Source: a bacterium
GTDB taxonomy: Bacteria; Acidobacteriota; Thermoanaerobaculia; Multivoradales; J023
Length of the DNA: 64,000 nt
Direction of reading: 5' to 3'
Assembly: GCA_024226315.1 (NCBI GenBank)
Contig: JAAELT010000577.1
Coordinates: 12,032 to 76,031, forward strand
The notes beneath the pieces were generated by a model. It was not told where the DNA came from. It saw only the letters and a program-made list of their open reading frames with translations, and searched no databases. The position numbers and the translations under genes were made by a program. Position 1 is the first letter of the stretch, and every line of letters begins with the position of its first letter. This document shows positions 25,301-34,646 of this stretch, piece by piece.

Positions 25301-26465
25301 ACACGATCTGCGTCTCGGTCGATCCCGCCTTGCTGTCCCCCCGGTGGGGGCCCGGATCGGTCAGCTCAGACAGCTTGATCGACTGGGTGCCCGGCATCGG
25401 CCCCTTGCCGGCCTCGATGCCGGATAGGGCCGAAACCACTTCCGCCGCGGTCTGGAGCCGGTTCTCGGGCTCTTTCTCCAGCAGCCGGTCGATCAGGGCG
25501 GACAGCTCGGCAGAGACCTGGTCGTTCACTCGGTTCGCGCTTTCCTGACGGCGGGAGCAAAGGCGCTGCAGGGTCTGGACGTAGCTGGAGCCGACGAACG
25601 GCGCTCGGCCGGTCACCATCTCGTAGAGCAGCGAGCCCAGTGAGAAGAGATCGGAGCGATGATCGACGACGTGTCCCATCGCCTGCTCGGGGGACAGGGT
25701 GCGGATGGCTCCCGGTGTGGCGATCGTTTCGCGCAGCGGATCGTCCTTGTCCCGGTGCAGGAGTCTGGCGAGGCCAATGTCGAGGATCTTGGCGTGGCCG
25801 TCGTCGCTCACCAGCACGCTGTCGGACTGCAGGCTCAGGAAGACGATGTCGCGGTCGTGGGCAACGGCCATCCCCTCGGTGATTTCGCGCGCCAGGGGCA
25901 CCGCCTGGACAGGGTCGAGGGCTCCTTCGTCGAGCAGCGCCCGCAGCGTTTGCCCCTCGATGAACTCCATCACGATCCAGTCGCCGTCCTCGGCCTCGAC
26001 GAAATCGTAGATCCGCACCAGGGACGGATGGCTCAAGCCGGCGATCGCGCGCGCGCCGCGCCGGAACCGCTCGAGCTCGAGGAGGTCGTCGATCACCGCC
26101 TGCCTCATCGTCACCCAGCGCTCCAGGTGCTCGTCCCAGGCGCGATAGACCATGCCCAGCTCGCCGACGCCGAGCCGGTTCTCGATGCGGTAGTGTCCGA
26201 CGCTCTCGGACGAGCCGAGTCGATTGGTCCCGTTCACCTGGCCCACCGGCCCCCACGGTCGTCTCGACCGTGGGCACGGCACCAGGGACGGAGCGCTGAA
26301 CGGTGAGAGAAATCCGTGTCGTGCAAGTCGTCCACCTGGCTTTGATCCGTCCGATCTTACACCAGGGAGAGGCGTCTGTTTGCCTGGCCTTCTCTGCCGA
26401 GGCATCTTTTGCCTGGGGTGCTGCGGTAAGTTCCGTGACGAGCTGCGACAGACCGATCGCGACAT
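22305..26465 (-). CDS. multidomain Ser/Thr kinase / adenylate-guanylate cyclase (CHD) / TM / TolB-N-like / TPR signalling protein (true start probably near 26310)
   Basis: Kinase: YRIENRLGVGELGMVYRAW, DIVFLSLQSDSVLV, DIGLAR. CHD cyclase: LLVTDLVGSTRL...GFLILFKRPVDAVEFAFKYH...ARVGIHLGEVI. TM: IAALVLIALLIKVFVL. Then AVLGFKNLSGRPELAWLS and a long TPR array. Confidence 0.8.
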   Translation of the reverse strand: MSRSVCRSSSRNLPQHPRQKMPRQRRPGKQTPLPGVRSDGSKPGGRLARHGFLSPFSAPSLVPCPRSRRPWGPVGQVNGTNRLGSSESVGHYRIENRLGVGELGMVYRAWDEHLERWVTMRQAVIDDLLELERFRRGARAIAGLSHPSLVRIYDFVEAEDGDWIVMEFIEGQTLRALLDEGALDPVQAVPLAREITEGMAVAHDRDIVFLSLQSDSVLVSDDGHAKILDIGLARLLHRDKDDPLRETIATPGAIRTLSPEQAMGHVVDHRSDLFSLGSLLYEMVTGRAPFVGSSYVQTLQRLCSRRQESANRVNDQVSAELSALIDRLLEKEPENRLQTAAEVVSALSGIEAGKGPMPGTQSIKLSELTDPGPHRGDSKAGSTETQIVSLKTLLVTDLVGSTRLVEDLGDRRAADVLAHHDRLARDLMTEFQGREIDKTDGFLILFKRPVDAVEFAFKYHLELERVSAEADIELKARVGIHLGEVILHETPLQDILRGAKPIEVQGLAKPIAARAMSLAGGGQTLLTRAAFDLSRRAMKEEHVDGRPVHWMSHGEYRFKGVEDRLQIFEAGLEGNAPLAPPADREKARRVVDESVQPKSSRWTLPGLLRGIAALVLIALLIKVFVLPTGRQSLSAETRPAIAVLGFKNLSGRPELAWLSTALSELFSTELATGGQLRLIPGESIAHMKLELAPPDVETLGADTLDAIARNLGTDYVLLGSYLPVGVEENSEFRLLLRLQDTREESKIVALSDSGTEAELFELVSRTGKILRQRLGIAELSDEQKEAVRALLSASPEANKLYSEGLEELRGFDALAARDLLQQAVELEPRFALAHAALSEAWRDLGHDKQAEVSARKAFEEAQGLPRAESLAIEGRYWQASGEWDRASAAYRMLWELSPGNIDYGVQLAEAEVSAGRPRDALSTLEALRTLPAPASDDPRIDLAEASASGALSNYPAQLAAAERALTKGREHEAWILVAEAQRRQWRALRSVGRAAEARKALEEARQLLAEAGDQSRLAEVLGGLAVLLEDEGKRSEAEALYRQTLQIHRQTGNRKGVAQMQNNLADLVLDRGELEAAIAMVDEAVAAVRDIGDREMEASFLDTRVWVLIHKGGYTEADETALEGMALYREIGSREGIAWAHFYRGKIAFATGDLTRAVEQYAQAAEIANQIGNKSLLGFVLSGQGQVLLATGALGTARERFDQAVELRSQLGDPAELAETQLPWIRLLLETKRTAEAESLASRTVEELRSGESTDYQAAAAALLARVRVAQGQLDGAREALDAVRDHAARSQNPMVRLSVELAEANLLAARRETSAALGKLASIDAESAELGLLGLGFEARLDRAAVEIAAGGQAAADGRARLEALVPEATDKGFTLIAQRAAARL

Positions 26466-26510
26466 GCCGGTGAAACGTTTCGCGACCCTCGGCGAGCTGG
26501 CAACCAGTAT

Positions 26511-27155
26511 TCAGTTCTGAGGCGAAAAGGTTTCGAAGATCTGCACGGGCAGATATTCGAAACTCCGCAAGTGGTGGTAGCCTGCCAGATTCATTTCGTC
26601 GTGTAACGTCTTGCGCGGCGTCCAATGGTCGCGATGTGCGAAGAGGCGCGCGATGCCGGCGAGGTCGTCCCTCATGTCGATGATCGCGATCCTGCCGCCG
26701 GGGCTCAGATCGACGCGAAGGTTGGCGAAGTATTCGACGCGGCCTTCGATGTGATGGTAGGTGTTGCAGAGAAAGACGAGGTCGACGCCCTCGTCTGGCA
26801 GGCGAGGGTCGTCGAGCTCGCCGTGGATGACCTCGACGTTGGGCAGATCTTTCAATTGGGCCTGCTTTTCCAGGTCGCGCACCAGGTGCTCGTCGACCTC
26901 GACCGCGTAGACCCGACCCGCCGGGCCCACGGCCTCGGCCAGCGGGAATAGAAAGTAGCCGTCGCCGGCACCGATGTCGGCCACGCGGTCGCCCGGTTTC
27001 AAGCCCAGCGAGGCGATCACCCGGTCCGGCAGCTGCCAGGTGGCTCGCCCCGGCAGCTTCGCGTAGTCGAGCTTTGCCAGCTCGGATCCGCTCGACCAGA
27101 TCAGCACACCCAGGAGGGCGACGAGAATCAGCGCGACGAGCAGGCGTCTGCTCAT
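26511..27155 (-). CDS. membrane-anchored class I SAM-dependent methyltransferase
   Basis: Start MSRRLLVALILVALLGVLIW (TM helix). Motif I VADIGAGDGYFLFPLA. Post-I D/E AVEVDEHLV. Motif IV VDLVFLCNTYHHI. The ATG overlaps the decarboxylase stop by 4 bp. The upstream part of the ORF-track entry (to 27842) is out-of-frame overlap with the decarboxylase. Confidence 0.7.
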   Translation of the reverse strand: MSRRLLVALILVALLGVLIWSSGSELAKLDYAKLPGRATWQLPDRVIASLGLKPGDRVADIGAGDGYFLFPLAEAVGPAGRVYAVEVDEHLVRDLEKQAQLKDLPNVEVIHGELDDPRLPDEGVDLVFLCNTYHHIEGRVEYFANLRVDLSPGGRIAIIDMRDDLAGIARLFAHRDHWTPRKTLHDEMNLAGYHHLRSFEYLPVQIFETFSPQN

Positions 27156-28618
27156 CGACCGCAAGCCGCGGCGGTTGCTGCCGGCGCGGCGTGTCCGGCG
27201 AGCTCCTGCGCCGCTGCCCGGATGTCCTCGAGCGCCATCTCCATACGCTCTTGGTGGGTCCGGAACGACAGAACGCAGATGCGCAGGGCGAAGCTGCCGT
27301 CCAGAACCGTGCCGGTCAGCATGACTCTCTGACGCTGGTTGATGCGCTCCATGAAGTCGCGGTTGAGCTGGTCGAGTTGCTCGCGGCCCGCGCCCTCTGG
27401 GCGTAGGCGAAACACCACCAGTGAGAGCTGCGGCTCGGCGACGATCTCGAGATCGGGAATCGTCCTCAGCTCTTCGGTGGCCCAGCGGACGAGGTCCAGC
27501 TTCTCGTCGAGATTCCAGCGAAAGACGCCGATGCCGTGCATCTTGATCGGCAGCCAGGCCCGCAGGCCGCGGAGCTCGCGCGACAGCTCGGGAGAGATCT
27601 CGCAGAAGTCGGCCATCTCGGCGCCGCCGCGCATCGCGGGCATGTAGTCGGCGTGGATCGAGTGCGTGCGCTTGAGCGCGCCGACGTCTCGGACCAGCAG
27701 CGAGCCGGTGCCGTAGGGCAGGAACAGGCCCTTGTGGGGATCGAGGGTGATCGAGTCGGCGCGTTCGAGGCCGCGCATCGCGCGACGGCCGCGCTCGGTG
27801 AGCGCGAAGAAGCCGCCGTAGGCGGCATCGACGTGCAGCCACAGCTGGTGGCGGGCGGCGACGTCCGCGAGCCCCCCCAGGTCGTCGACAGCGCCGGTGT
27901 TGGTGGTGCCGGCGTTGCCGGCGATCAGGAACGGTTGCAGACCGTCCGCGTGATCTTCGCCGATGCGTCGCTCGAGCTCATCGGTGCGGATGCGGAAGCC
28001 CTCGTCACAGGGTACGGAGCGGACGTTGCGCGCCGGGAATCCCGCTAGCACGGCCGCCTTGAGCACCGAGTGGTGGGTCTGGTCGGAGGTATAGAGGGTG
28101 CCGCGAAGGAAGTCCTCGCCCAGGCGTTCCTGGCGGGCGGTTACCACCGCCGTCAGATTGGCCAATGATCCGCCGCTGAGCAGCACGCCGCCGGCGTCCG
28201 GCGGATAGCCGACCATCTCGCACAGCCAGCGCACGACGTTGATCTCGAGCTGGGCCAGCCCCGGCGCCGCCAGCCAGACGCCGACGTAGCGGTTGACCGA
28301 GTCGGCGATCAGGTCGGCGACCGCGGAGTGGAAGATGCCGCCGCTCGGGATGTAGGCCAGGTAGCCGGGCGAGGCGGTGTTGAACGAGCACGGCACGGCG
28401 CGGTCGAAGATCAGGTCGAGCAGCTCGTCGAAGGGCGTGCCGGCCTCGGGTAGCGGCTCGGCGAGCGACCGCGCGAGCTCCTCGCCGCCGTGACTGGCGC
28501 TCACCGGCTGCTCGGGGAGCGACTCGATGTGGGCGACGATGCGCTCCATCGCGCGCTCGACCATCGAGCGCATCTCGTCTGCGCCGGGCTCCAGGGGATG
28601 TCCGTCGTGATGCTTCAT
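27152..28618 (-). CDS. pyridoxal-phosphate-dependent group II (aromatic/glutamate-type) amino-acid decarboxylase
   Basis: SPGYLAYIPSGG, SGGSLANLTAV, HVDAAYGGF and DPHKGLFLPYGTGSLLVRD (PLP-Lys) are present. Start MKHHDGHPLEP at 28618. The ORF-track N-terminal extension is arbitrary. Confidence 0.8.
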   Translation of the reverse strand: MKHHDGHPLEPGADEMRSMVERAMERIVAHIESLPEQPVSASHGGEELARSLAEPLPEAGTPFDELLDLIFDRAVPCSFNTASPGYLAYIPSGGIFHSAVADLIADSVNRYVGVWLAAPGLAQLEINVVRWLCEMVGYPPDAGGVLLSGGSLANLTAVVTARQERLGEDFLRGTLYTSDQTHHSVLKAAVLAGFPARNVRSVPCDEGFRIRTDELERRIGEDHADGLQPFLIAGNAGTTNTGAVDDLGGLADVAARHQLWLHVDAAYGGFFALTERGRRAMRGLERADSITLDPHKGLFLPYGTGSLLVRDVGALKRTHSIHADYMPAMRGGAEMADFCEISPELSRELRGLRAWLPIKMHGIGVFRWNLDEKLDLVRWATEELRTIPDLEIVAEPQLSLVVFRLRPEGAGREQLDQLNRDFMERINQRQRVMLTGTVLDGSFALRICVLSFRTHQERMEMALEDIRAAAQELAGHAAPAATAAACGR

Positions 28619-28670
28619 ATGCCCATCAGATGCTATCCGATCGGTGGCGGCGCACGTACAATCCTTCGAG

Positions 28671-31184
28671 ATGTGCTCACGCCGACACCTGCTGCCGCTC
28701 CTCGTCGCACTGCTCCTGCCCTTGGCTCCGCCGGCGCCGGCGCAGGGGCAGGGCTCCGGGCCGACCGGTACCGAGCTGCCGTTGACGCCCGAGGCCCGCT
28801 CCCAGGGCCTCGCCTCTCTGGCTCCACAGTACGTCGAGTGGCTGCGCAGCGTCCGCGGGCTGATCACCCAGCCGGAGCAGGACTACTTCCTGCGACTCGA
28901 GGAGGACTTCCGGCGCGATCTCTTCATGCGCGCTTTCTGGGAGCCGCGCGATCCTGATCCCGCGACCCGCGGCAACGAGCTCAAGGAGCGCTTCGACGAG
29001 TATCGCGGCAAGGGCGACGTACCCTATGACGATCCCCGGTTCCTGCTGGTGCTGTTCAACGGCCCGCCGGGAGCCTGGTCACTGCCCGACGGCCGTCCGG
29101 TGGCGATCTGTTTTTCCAAGTCTCGCGAGCTCGAGATCTGGTTCTATGGCGCCAGCGAGCGCACCGCGCGCCGGTTTCCCGTGATCCTGCAGCGCCGGAG
29201 CGGCGAGGCGCCCTACGAGGCGTACCTGCCGGGGCAGGGCCTGCGGCCGATCCAGCGCTCGGGCGGCTTGCCGACCACCAACCTGCAGGCGCTGTGCGCC
29301 GACGACCTGCTGCGCTACACAATCTCCGAAATCTCGCGCATCACCGGCTACGATCAGCTGCTGCGCGAGGTGCTTTCGCCGCTCTTGCCGTCGCCGGAGT
29401 GGCTGGCCAACCTGGCTTCGAGCGCCACCGATCTGCCGCGCGACGCCGAGACCTTCGACGCCGGCATCGAGATCGATTTCCCGGCCCGCAAACAGAGCCG
29501 GGCGGCGGTGCGCGTGATGCTCGGCGTACCGCTGACGGCGGCGCCCGGGCGCCGTTTCGATGGCGAGCTGTTCCACAACTTCCAGCTGGTCGGCGAGGTG
29601 GTTCGCGACGGCAAGCTGTTCGAGAGCTTCCGCTACGGCTACGAGGGGCCGACGCCGCCGTCGGCGACGACCATCCCGATCGGCTTCACGCGTTACCTGC
29701 GCGCCGGTGGGGCGAGCTTGCGGATCCTCATCGAGGACCTCTACTCGGGTCGCTTCGCGCGCGTTGTGCGGGAAATCGAGATCCCCGCCGCGGACGGCCT
29801 ACCGGCGGCGGTAGGCGTACCGATGCCCGTCTCCGAGCAGCGACCCAGCGGTCCGACACTCGAGCTCTATCCGCCACCGGGCAACGTTCACGTCGGCAAA
29901 GTCCGCTTCCGCGCCCGCGCTTCCGGCGAGCTCGAGAAAGTCACCTTCTACCTCGACGACCGGCCCGCGTTGAGCAAGCGCCGGCCGCCATACAGCGTCG
30001 AGCTCGATCTGGGCTCCTCGCCAGAGCCGCATCGGGTGCGCGTGGTGGGTTTCTTCGGTGGTGCCGAGGTAGCGACCGATCAGATCTGGCTCAACCAGGG
30101 CGCGCAGCGGTTCCGCGTCCACTTGATCGAGCCACGACCAGGAGGAATCTACCCGGGCAGCCTGACCGCGCGGGTCGGAGTCGAGACCCCGGACGGCGGC
30201 CCCCCGGAGCGGGTGGAGCTGTTTCTGAACGACGAGCTCCTGGAGACCTTCCGTGACGGCCCGGTACAGCGCAGCCTGCGCTTGTCCGGGCAGGAGCCGG
30301 CGGTCGTACGTGCCGTTGCCTATCTGGCTGACGGCACATCGTCGGAGGACGCGGTAGTGGTCAACACCTCGGGGTTCACGGCGGCGATCGAGGTGCGGTT
30401 GACCGAGCTCCATGCGCTGGTCTCAGACTCCCGCGGCCAGCCGATCAGGGGCCTCGGGCGGGAAAAGTTCCGGGTCTTCGAGAACGGCGTCGAGCAGCGG
30501 ATCGAGCTCTTTGCCGAGGCCGGCAGCGCACCGGTGCGCGCGGCGCTGCTACTCGATCGTTCGGTGTCGATGGAGTCGCAGTTGGAGCGGGTCGCCGAAG
30601 CGTCGTTAGCCTTCGCCACCGCCGCCATGGCCATGCCCGAGGACCGGCTCGCCGTACTCTCCTTCGCCGAACAGCTGACCATCGACGCCGCGCTCACCGC
30701 CAATGCCGCCACCGTCGAGCGGGCGCTGGCCGGGCTCGACGCCGGCGGCCGGACCGCGCTCTGGGACGGCCTGGTGCAGGCGTTCAACACCTTCGATGGT
30801 GGAGACGCACCGTCGGCCCTGGTGCTGTTCACCGACGGCCAGGACGACTCCAGTCGCCTGAGCTTCGATCAAGCGATGACGGCGGCCCGCGGTGCCGGTA
30901 TCACCCTCTACGTCATCGGGCTCGAAGAGTCGTTCCCGGAGAAGCGGGACCGCCGGCCGCTCGGCGAGCTGGTGGCCGAGACCGGCGGTCGCGCCGCGTT
31001 CATCGGCGCGCTCGACGAGCTCGACGGCCTCTACGCGTCGATCCTCGAGGAGCTGCGCGGCCGCTACCTGCTGGGGTACTCTCCGGCGAGCGCCGCCGAG
31101 GCTGGCGCGCCGCGGGCCATCCGCGTCGAAGTAGACGCCCCCGGGGCGCGCGTGCGAACCCGGCGCGGAATCGCTCCACTGTAG
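28671..31184 (+). CDS. secreted protein with N-terminal GWxTD-like domain and C-terminal von Willebrand factor A (VWA) domain
   Basis: Signal peptide MCSRRHLLPLLVALLLPLAPPAPAQG. FMRAFWEPRDPDPATRGNELKERFDEYRG...ELEIWFY is GWxTD-like. VWA: LLLDRSVSM...LSFAEQ...TALWDGL...LFTDGQDD...ITLYVIGL. Confidence 0.7.
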   Translation: MCSRRHLLPLLVALLLPLAPPAPAQGQGSGPTGTELPLTPEARSQGLASLAPQYVEWLRSVRGLITQPEQDYFLRLEEDFRRDLFMRAFWEPRDPDPATRGNELKERFDEYRGKGDVPYDDPRFLLVLFNGPPGAWSLPDGRPVAICFSKSRELEIWFYGASERTARRFPVILQRRSGEAPYEAYLPGQGLRPIQRSGGLPTTNLQALCADDLLRYTISEISRITGYDQLLREVLSPLLPSPEWLANLASSATDLPRDAETFDAGIEIDFPARKQSRAAVRVMLGVPLTAAPGRRFDGELFHNFQLVGEVVRDGKLFESFRYGYEGPTPPSATTIPIGFTRYLRAGGASLRILIEDLYSGRFARVVREIEIPAADGLPAAVGVPMPVSEQRPSGPTLELYPPPGNVHVGKVRFRARASGELEKVTFYLDDRPALSKRRPPYSVELDLGSSPEPHRVRVVGFFGGAEVATDQIWLNQGAQRFRVHLIEPRPGGIYPGSLTARVGVETPDGGPPERVELFLNDELLETFRDGPVQRSLRLSGQEPAVVRAVAYLADGTSSEDAVVVNTSGFTAAIEVRLTELHALVSDSRGQPIRGLGREKFRVFENGVEQRIELFAEAGSAPVRAALLLDRSVSMESQLERVAEASLAFATAAMAMPEDRLAVLSFAEQLTIDAALTANAATVERALAGLDAGGRTALWDGLVQAFNTFDGGDAPSALVLFTDGQDDSSRLSFDQAMTAARGAGITLYVIGLEESFPEKRDRRPLGELVAETGGRAAFIGALDELDGLYASILEELRGRYLLGYSPASAAEAGAPRAIRVEVDAPGARVRTRRGIAPL

Positions 31185-31209
31185 CGCAGAGACGGGTAGC
31201 GCAGAGACG

Positions 31210-32484
31210 ATGATCGCCTTCGCCACACTGTTCCTCGGCCTGTTCTTCGGCGTCAAACCGGTCGAGGTAGTGGTGGGGGAGGGTGTCGCGGCGGTCGAGC
31301 TACGGCTCGACGGCGAGCGCCTGGGGATGCTGCGCGGCGAGCCCTGGGTAATGGAGTGCGACTTCGGTGATGAGCTCGCTCCCCGGCATCTGGAGGCGGT
31401 GGCCTATGACGCCGAGGGCCGCGAGCTGAACCGGATCAGTCAGTGGCTCAACCTGCCGCAACCCGAGGTGGTGACCAGCGTCATCTTCGAGCCGCGCGAG
31501 CCGGGGCAACCACGGGCCGCGCGGCTGGCCTGGGAGAGCACGGTGGGCGCCGAGCCGGAATCGGTGATCGCGTCCCTCGACGGCCGGCCCCTGGCGGTGG
31601 CCGAGCCACGGCGGATCGTGCTGCCGGCGGTGGACGAGAAGCAGCTGCACCTGCTGAGCGTCGAGCTGCAGTTCGAAGACCATGTCACCTCGAGCGTCGA
31701 CGTCACCTTCGGTGGCGCCTACGCCGACGAGGTGTCGACGGAGATCACCGCCCTGGCGATCCGAGCGACGGGCAAGGGGCGGACGCCGCCGAGCGCCACG
31801 GTCGCGGCTGATTGGTTCGAGAAAGACGGCGAGCCGCTCGAGGTGATCGCGATCGAGAAGGAGACCGCCGAGCTGGTGGTGGTCAAGGCGCGGCCCTTTC
31901 CCCGTTTCTTCGGCCCTGGAGAGAGCCACAAGGTGCCGAAGTCGCTCCTGCTCTCGGGGGACCAACGCGTGCGCTTCGTGACGCCGGTGCCGACACCCAC
32001 GGAGGGAGTGGCGGCTACCTTCAACCTGTTTCCGATCTCGCAGGCCTTCGACGGCGGCCTGGGCGATCTCTACCGGTTGTTGACCGGGCTCGTCCGTCGG
32101 CCGGAAGAGCGGTCGCCGCGACTCAATGCGGCGGTCACGGTAGCCGGTCTGGCCGCCTACCGGGGGCGTCACCGCCGGGCCGTGGTGCTCATTCCAGGCT
32201 CGAAGCCTGGAGAGCGGGAGGCCCTGAGCCCGGCGCAGGCGCGTCGCTACCTGGAGCATCTGCGGGTGCCGTTCTTCGTCTGGAATCCGGAGAGCCGGAC
32301 CCCGGCCTATCTCGAGGACTGGGGGGAGGTCCGCGACGTCGGCTCCATCAAGAAGCTGGCCGCCGCCTTCGAGGAGGTCGACCAGCTTCTGGGCCAGCAG
32401 TGGATCGTATGGCTCGACGGCCGGCACCTGCCTCAGGAGATCGAGCTGTCGCCGGAAGTCAGGGGTTTCGAGCTGCTCCAGTAG
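31210..32484 (+). CDS. hypothetical protein (424 aa), probable operon partner of the VWA protein
   Basis: Starts 26 bp after the VWA gene stop on the same strand. Coding bias is consistent. N-terminal hydrophobic segment MIAFATLFLGLFFGV. No family recognised. Confidence 0.55.
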   Translation: MIAFATLFLGLFFGVKPVEVVVGEGVAAVELRLDGERLGMLRGEPWVMECDFGDELAPRHLEAVAYDAEGRELNRISQWLNLPQPEVVTSVIFEPREPGQPRAARLAWESTVGAEPESVIASLDGRPLAVAEPRRIVLPAVDEKQLHLLSVELQFEDHVTSSVDVTFGGAYADEVSTEITALAIRATGKGRTPPSATVAADWFEKDGEPLEVIAIEKETAELVVVKARPFPRFFGPGESHKVPKSLLLSGDQRVRFVTPVPTPTEGVAATFNLFPISQAFDGGLGDLYRLLTGLVRRPEERSPRLNAAVTVAGLAAYRGRHRRAVVLIPGSKPGEREALSPAQARRYLEHLRVPFFVWNPESRTPAYLEDWGEVRDVGSIKKLAAAFEEVDQLLGQQWIVWLDGRHLPQEIELSPEVRGFELLQ

Positions 32485-32798
32485 AGCCGAGAAAGGTCTT
32501 CGGGAATTTTTTTCTGCCCCGATGACCAGATCCATACGCGGATTTCGCGTCCTCTACAGAGCCGGGGATTTTCTCCTCACGAAGAAACGCCTCAAGGCTT
32601 CCGGATCCCGGCCTCGTCGCTGTCTTGCCGCAATAGCGGCATCACTAAACCCCATCGCCCCCCCCTGACAGCGGCGAGGCCAGGATTCACCTTTGATTCA
32701 AATGCCCTTGGGCGGCGCGGCCACGGTCACGCCGCCCTTTCTATATGCCCTGTCCTGCTAGAGTTCGGGCGTCTGGAACTTCCTCGAGGGACAAGTCC

Positions 32799-34646
32799 AT
32801 GCTGCCAACCCGTGTCGCCGTTGTCGCGATTGTGCTCTTGCTCGTTTCACTGCCCGTCCGCGCTTCGGTGGAGCCGGAGGAGGACTGGGCCACCCATGCC
32901 GAGGCCAGCGACTATCGCGCGACTCCGAGCTACGCCGAGACCATGGAGTTTCTGCGCCGTCTCGAGAGGCGCTCACCGCGGATCCAGCTCGCTACTTTTG
33001 GCCGCTCGCCCCAGGGGCGGGACCTGCCGCTGGTGATCGTCTCTGGGGAAGGGGCCTTCACGCCGGAGGCGGCGCACCGGCTCGGCAAGCCCATCGTGCT
33101 GATCCAGAACGGCATCCACTCCGGCGAGATCGACGGCAAGGACGCTTGCCTGGCCCTGCTGCGAGACCTGGCGACGGGCCGGCGACCCGACTTCGGGCAG
33201 GGCGTCACGCTGCTGATCGTCCCGATCTACAACGTCGACGGCCACGAGCGGACCTCGCCCCACAACCGGCCGAACCAGAACGGGCCGGTGGAGGGCATGG
33301 GTTTTCGCACCACCGCAGCCGGCTACGATCTCAACCGCGATCACCTGAAGCTCGAGTCGATGGAGGCGCGGGCGCTGATCGAGTTGGTCAATCGTTGGCG
33401 GCCGCACCTGCACGTCGACGATCACGTCACCAACGGCTCGGACCACGCCTGGGTCTTCACCTGGTCATGGGGCGAGGCGCCGCAACTGGCGGCCCCGGTC
33501 GCCGGCTGGCTGGCCGAGCACATGGGCAGCGTGCTCGACGCCGTCGAGGCTGCCGGCTACCGCACTGGCCCCTACGTGGGCCTGATCGACCGCAACGACC
33601 CGGCCAAGGGCTTCAGCTCCTGGGTGGGCGAGCCGCGCTATTCCGGCGGCTACTTCGCGCTGCGCCACCGGCCGTCGATCCTGGTCGAGATGCACGCCTA
33701 CAAGCCCTATCGCCAGCGCGTGCTGGCGTTGACCGAGTTCCTCGCGGCGCTGGTCGAGCGCGCCGGCGCCAGCGGCCGCCAGCTGGTCGAGGCGGTGGCC
33801 GCCGCCGAGGCCGCCACCGTGGCGCTCGGTGCCGCCGACGCCGAGTCCTCTGAGGTGGTGGTCGCCTGGGAGTCACACGATACCGGCGACACCATTCGCT
33901 GGCCGGTCTACGATTGGTCGTTCGAGCCGTCGCTGGCCCTGGGAGTGCCGATCCTGACCTTCGACCGCGGCAAGATCCGGGGCAGCGACCCGGCGGGCAT
34001 CGAGGTTCCCTGGATCCACGCCGGGCGCGCGGCCGAGACCGCGCCGCGCCCGCGTGGTTACCTGGTCGAGCCCGGCTGGCCGCAGATCGAGGAACGACTC
34101 ACTGCCCACGGCCTGGTGACCGCCCGCCTGAAGGAGGCCGTCGAGCTCGAGCTCGAGGTCTACCGCCTGGAGGATCCCGTCTTCGCCGAGGCGCCCTACC
34201 AGGGCCGCCACCGGCTGGACGAAGTAAGCCTCGCCCGCGTGACCGAGACCGTCTCGGTGCCGGCGGGCACCCTGTGGGTGCCCGCGAACCAGCCCGACTT
34301 CGAGGTGGCGGCGCAGCTGCTCGAACCCGAGGCGCCGGACTCACTGGTCTCCTGGGGCCTGACGTCGACCGTCTTCGAGCCCAAGGAGTACATCGACCCG
34401 CGGGTGCTGGAGCCGATCGTCCAGGAGCTGCTCCAAGACGACGAGGTGCGGGCCCGGTGGGAGGAAGCGCTCGAAGACGAGAGCTTCGCCGCCGATCCCA
34501 GGGCGCGCTGGATGTGGTGGTACCGCCAGACTGTCTACTGGGACGACACCGTCGGCCGCTGGCCGGCCTTGCGGGTAATGGGAGTCACGCCAGAGCTGTC
34601 GAACAGGGTGCGAAGACCAGAGTCGGCCCGCGCTGGTCGGCCCTGA
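32799..34646 (+). CDS. secreted M14-family zinc carboxypeptidase
   Basis: Signal peptide MLPTRVAVVAIVLLLVSLPVRA. Zn-binding HSGEIDG. LNRDHLKLES. N-terminal carboxypeptidase A-like domain plus a long C-terminal extension. Confidence 0.8.
   Translation: MLPTRVAVVAIVLLLVSLPVRASVEPEEDWATHAEASDYRATPSYAETMEFLRRLERRSPRIQLATFGRSPQGRDLPLVIVSGEGAFTPEAAHRLGKPIVLIQNGIHSGEIDGKDACLALLRDLATGRRPDFGQGVTLLIVPIYNVDGHERTSPHNRPNQNGPVEGMGFRTTAAGYDLNRDHLKLESMEARALIELVNRWRPHLHVDDHVTNGSDHAWVFTWSWGEAPQLAAPVAGWLAEHMGSVLDAVEAAGYRTGPYVGLIDRNDPAKGFSSWVGEPRYSGGYFALRHRPSILVEMHAYKPYRQRVLALTEFLAALVERAGASGRQLVEAVAAAEAATVALGAADAESSEVVVAWESHDTGDTIRWPVYDWSFEPSLALGVPILTFDRGKIRGSDPAGIEVPWIHAGRAAETAPRPRGYLVEPGWPQIEERLTAHGLVTARLKEAVELELEVYRLEDPVFAEAPYQGRHRLDEVSLARVTETVSVPAGTLWVPANQPDFEVAAQLLEPEAPDSLVSWGLTSTVFEPKEYIDPRVLEPIVQELLQDDEVRARWEEALEDESFAADPRARWMWWYRQTVYWDDTVGRWPALRVMGVTPELSNRVRRPESARAGRP

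Noticed and set aside
22528-26625. Multiple long overlapping ORFs (22528..23820 -, 23043..24146 +, 24328..25548 +, 25366..26625 -) within the kinase/cyclase gene
   Set aside because: Alternative-frame artefacts inside a 4.1-kb gene with clear kinase, CHD and TPR motifs in one frame.
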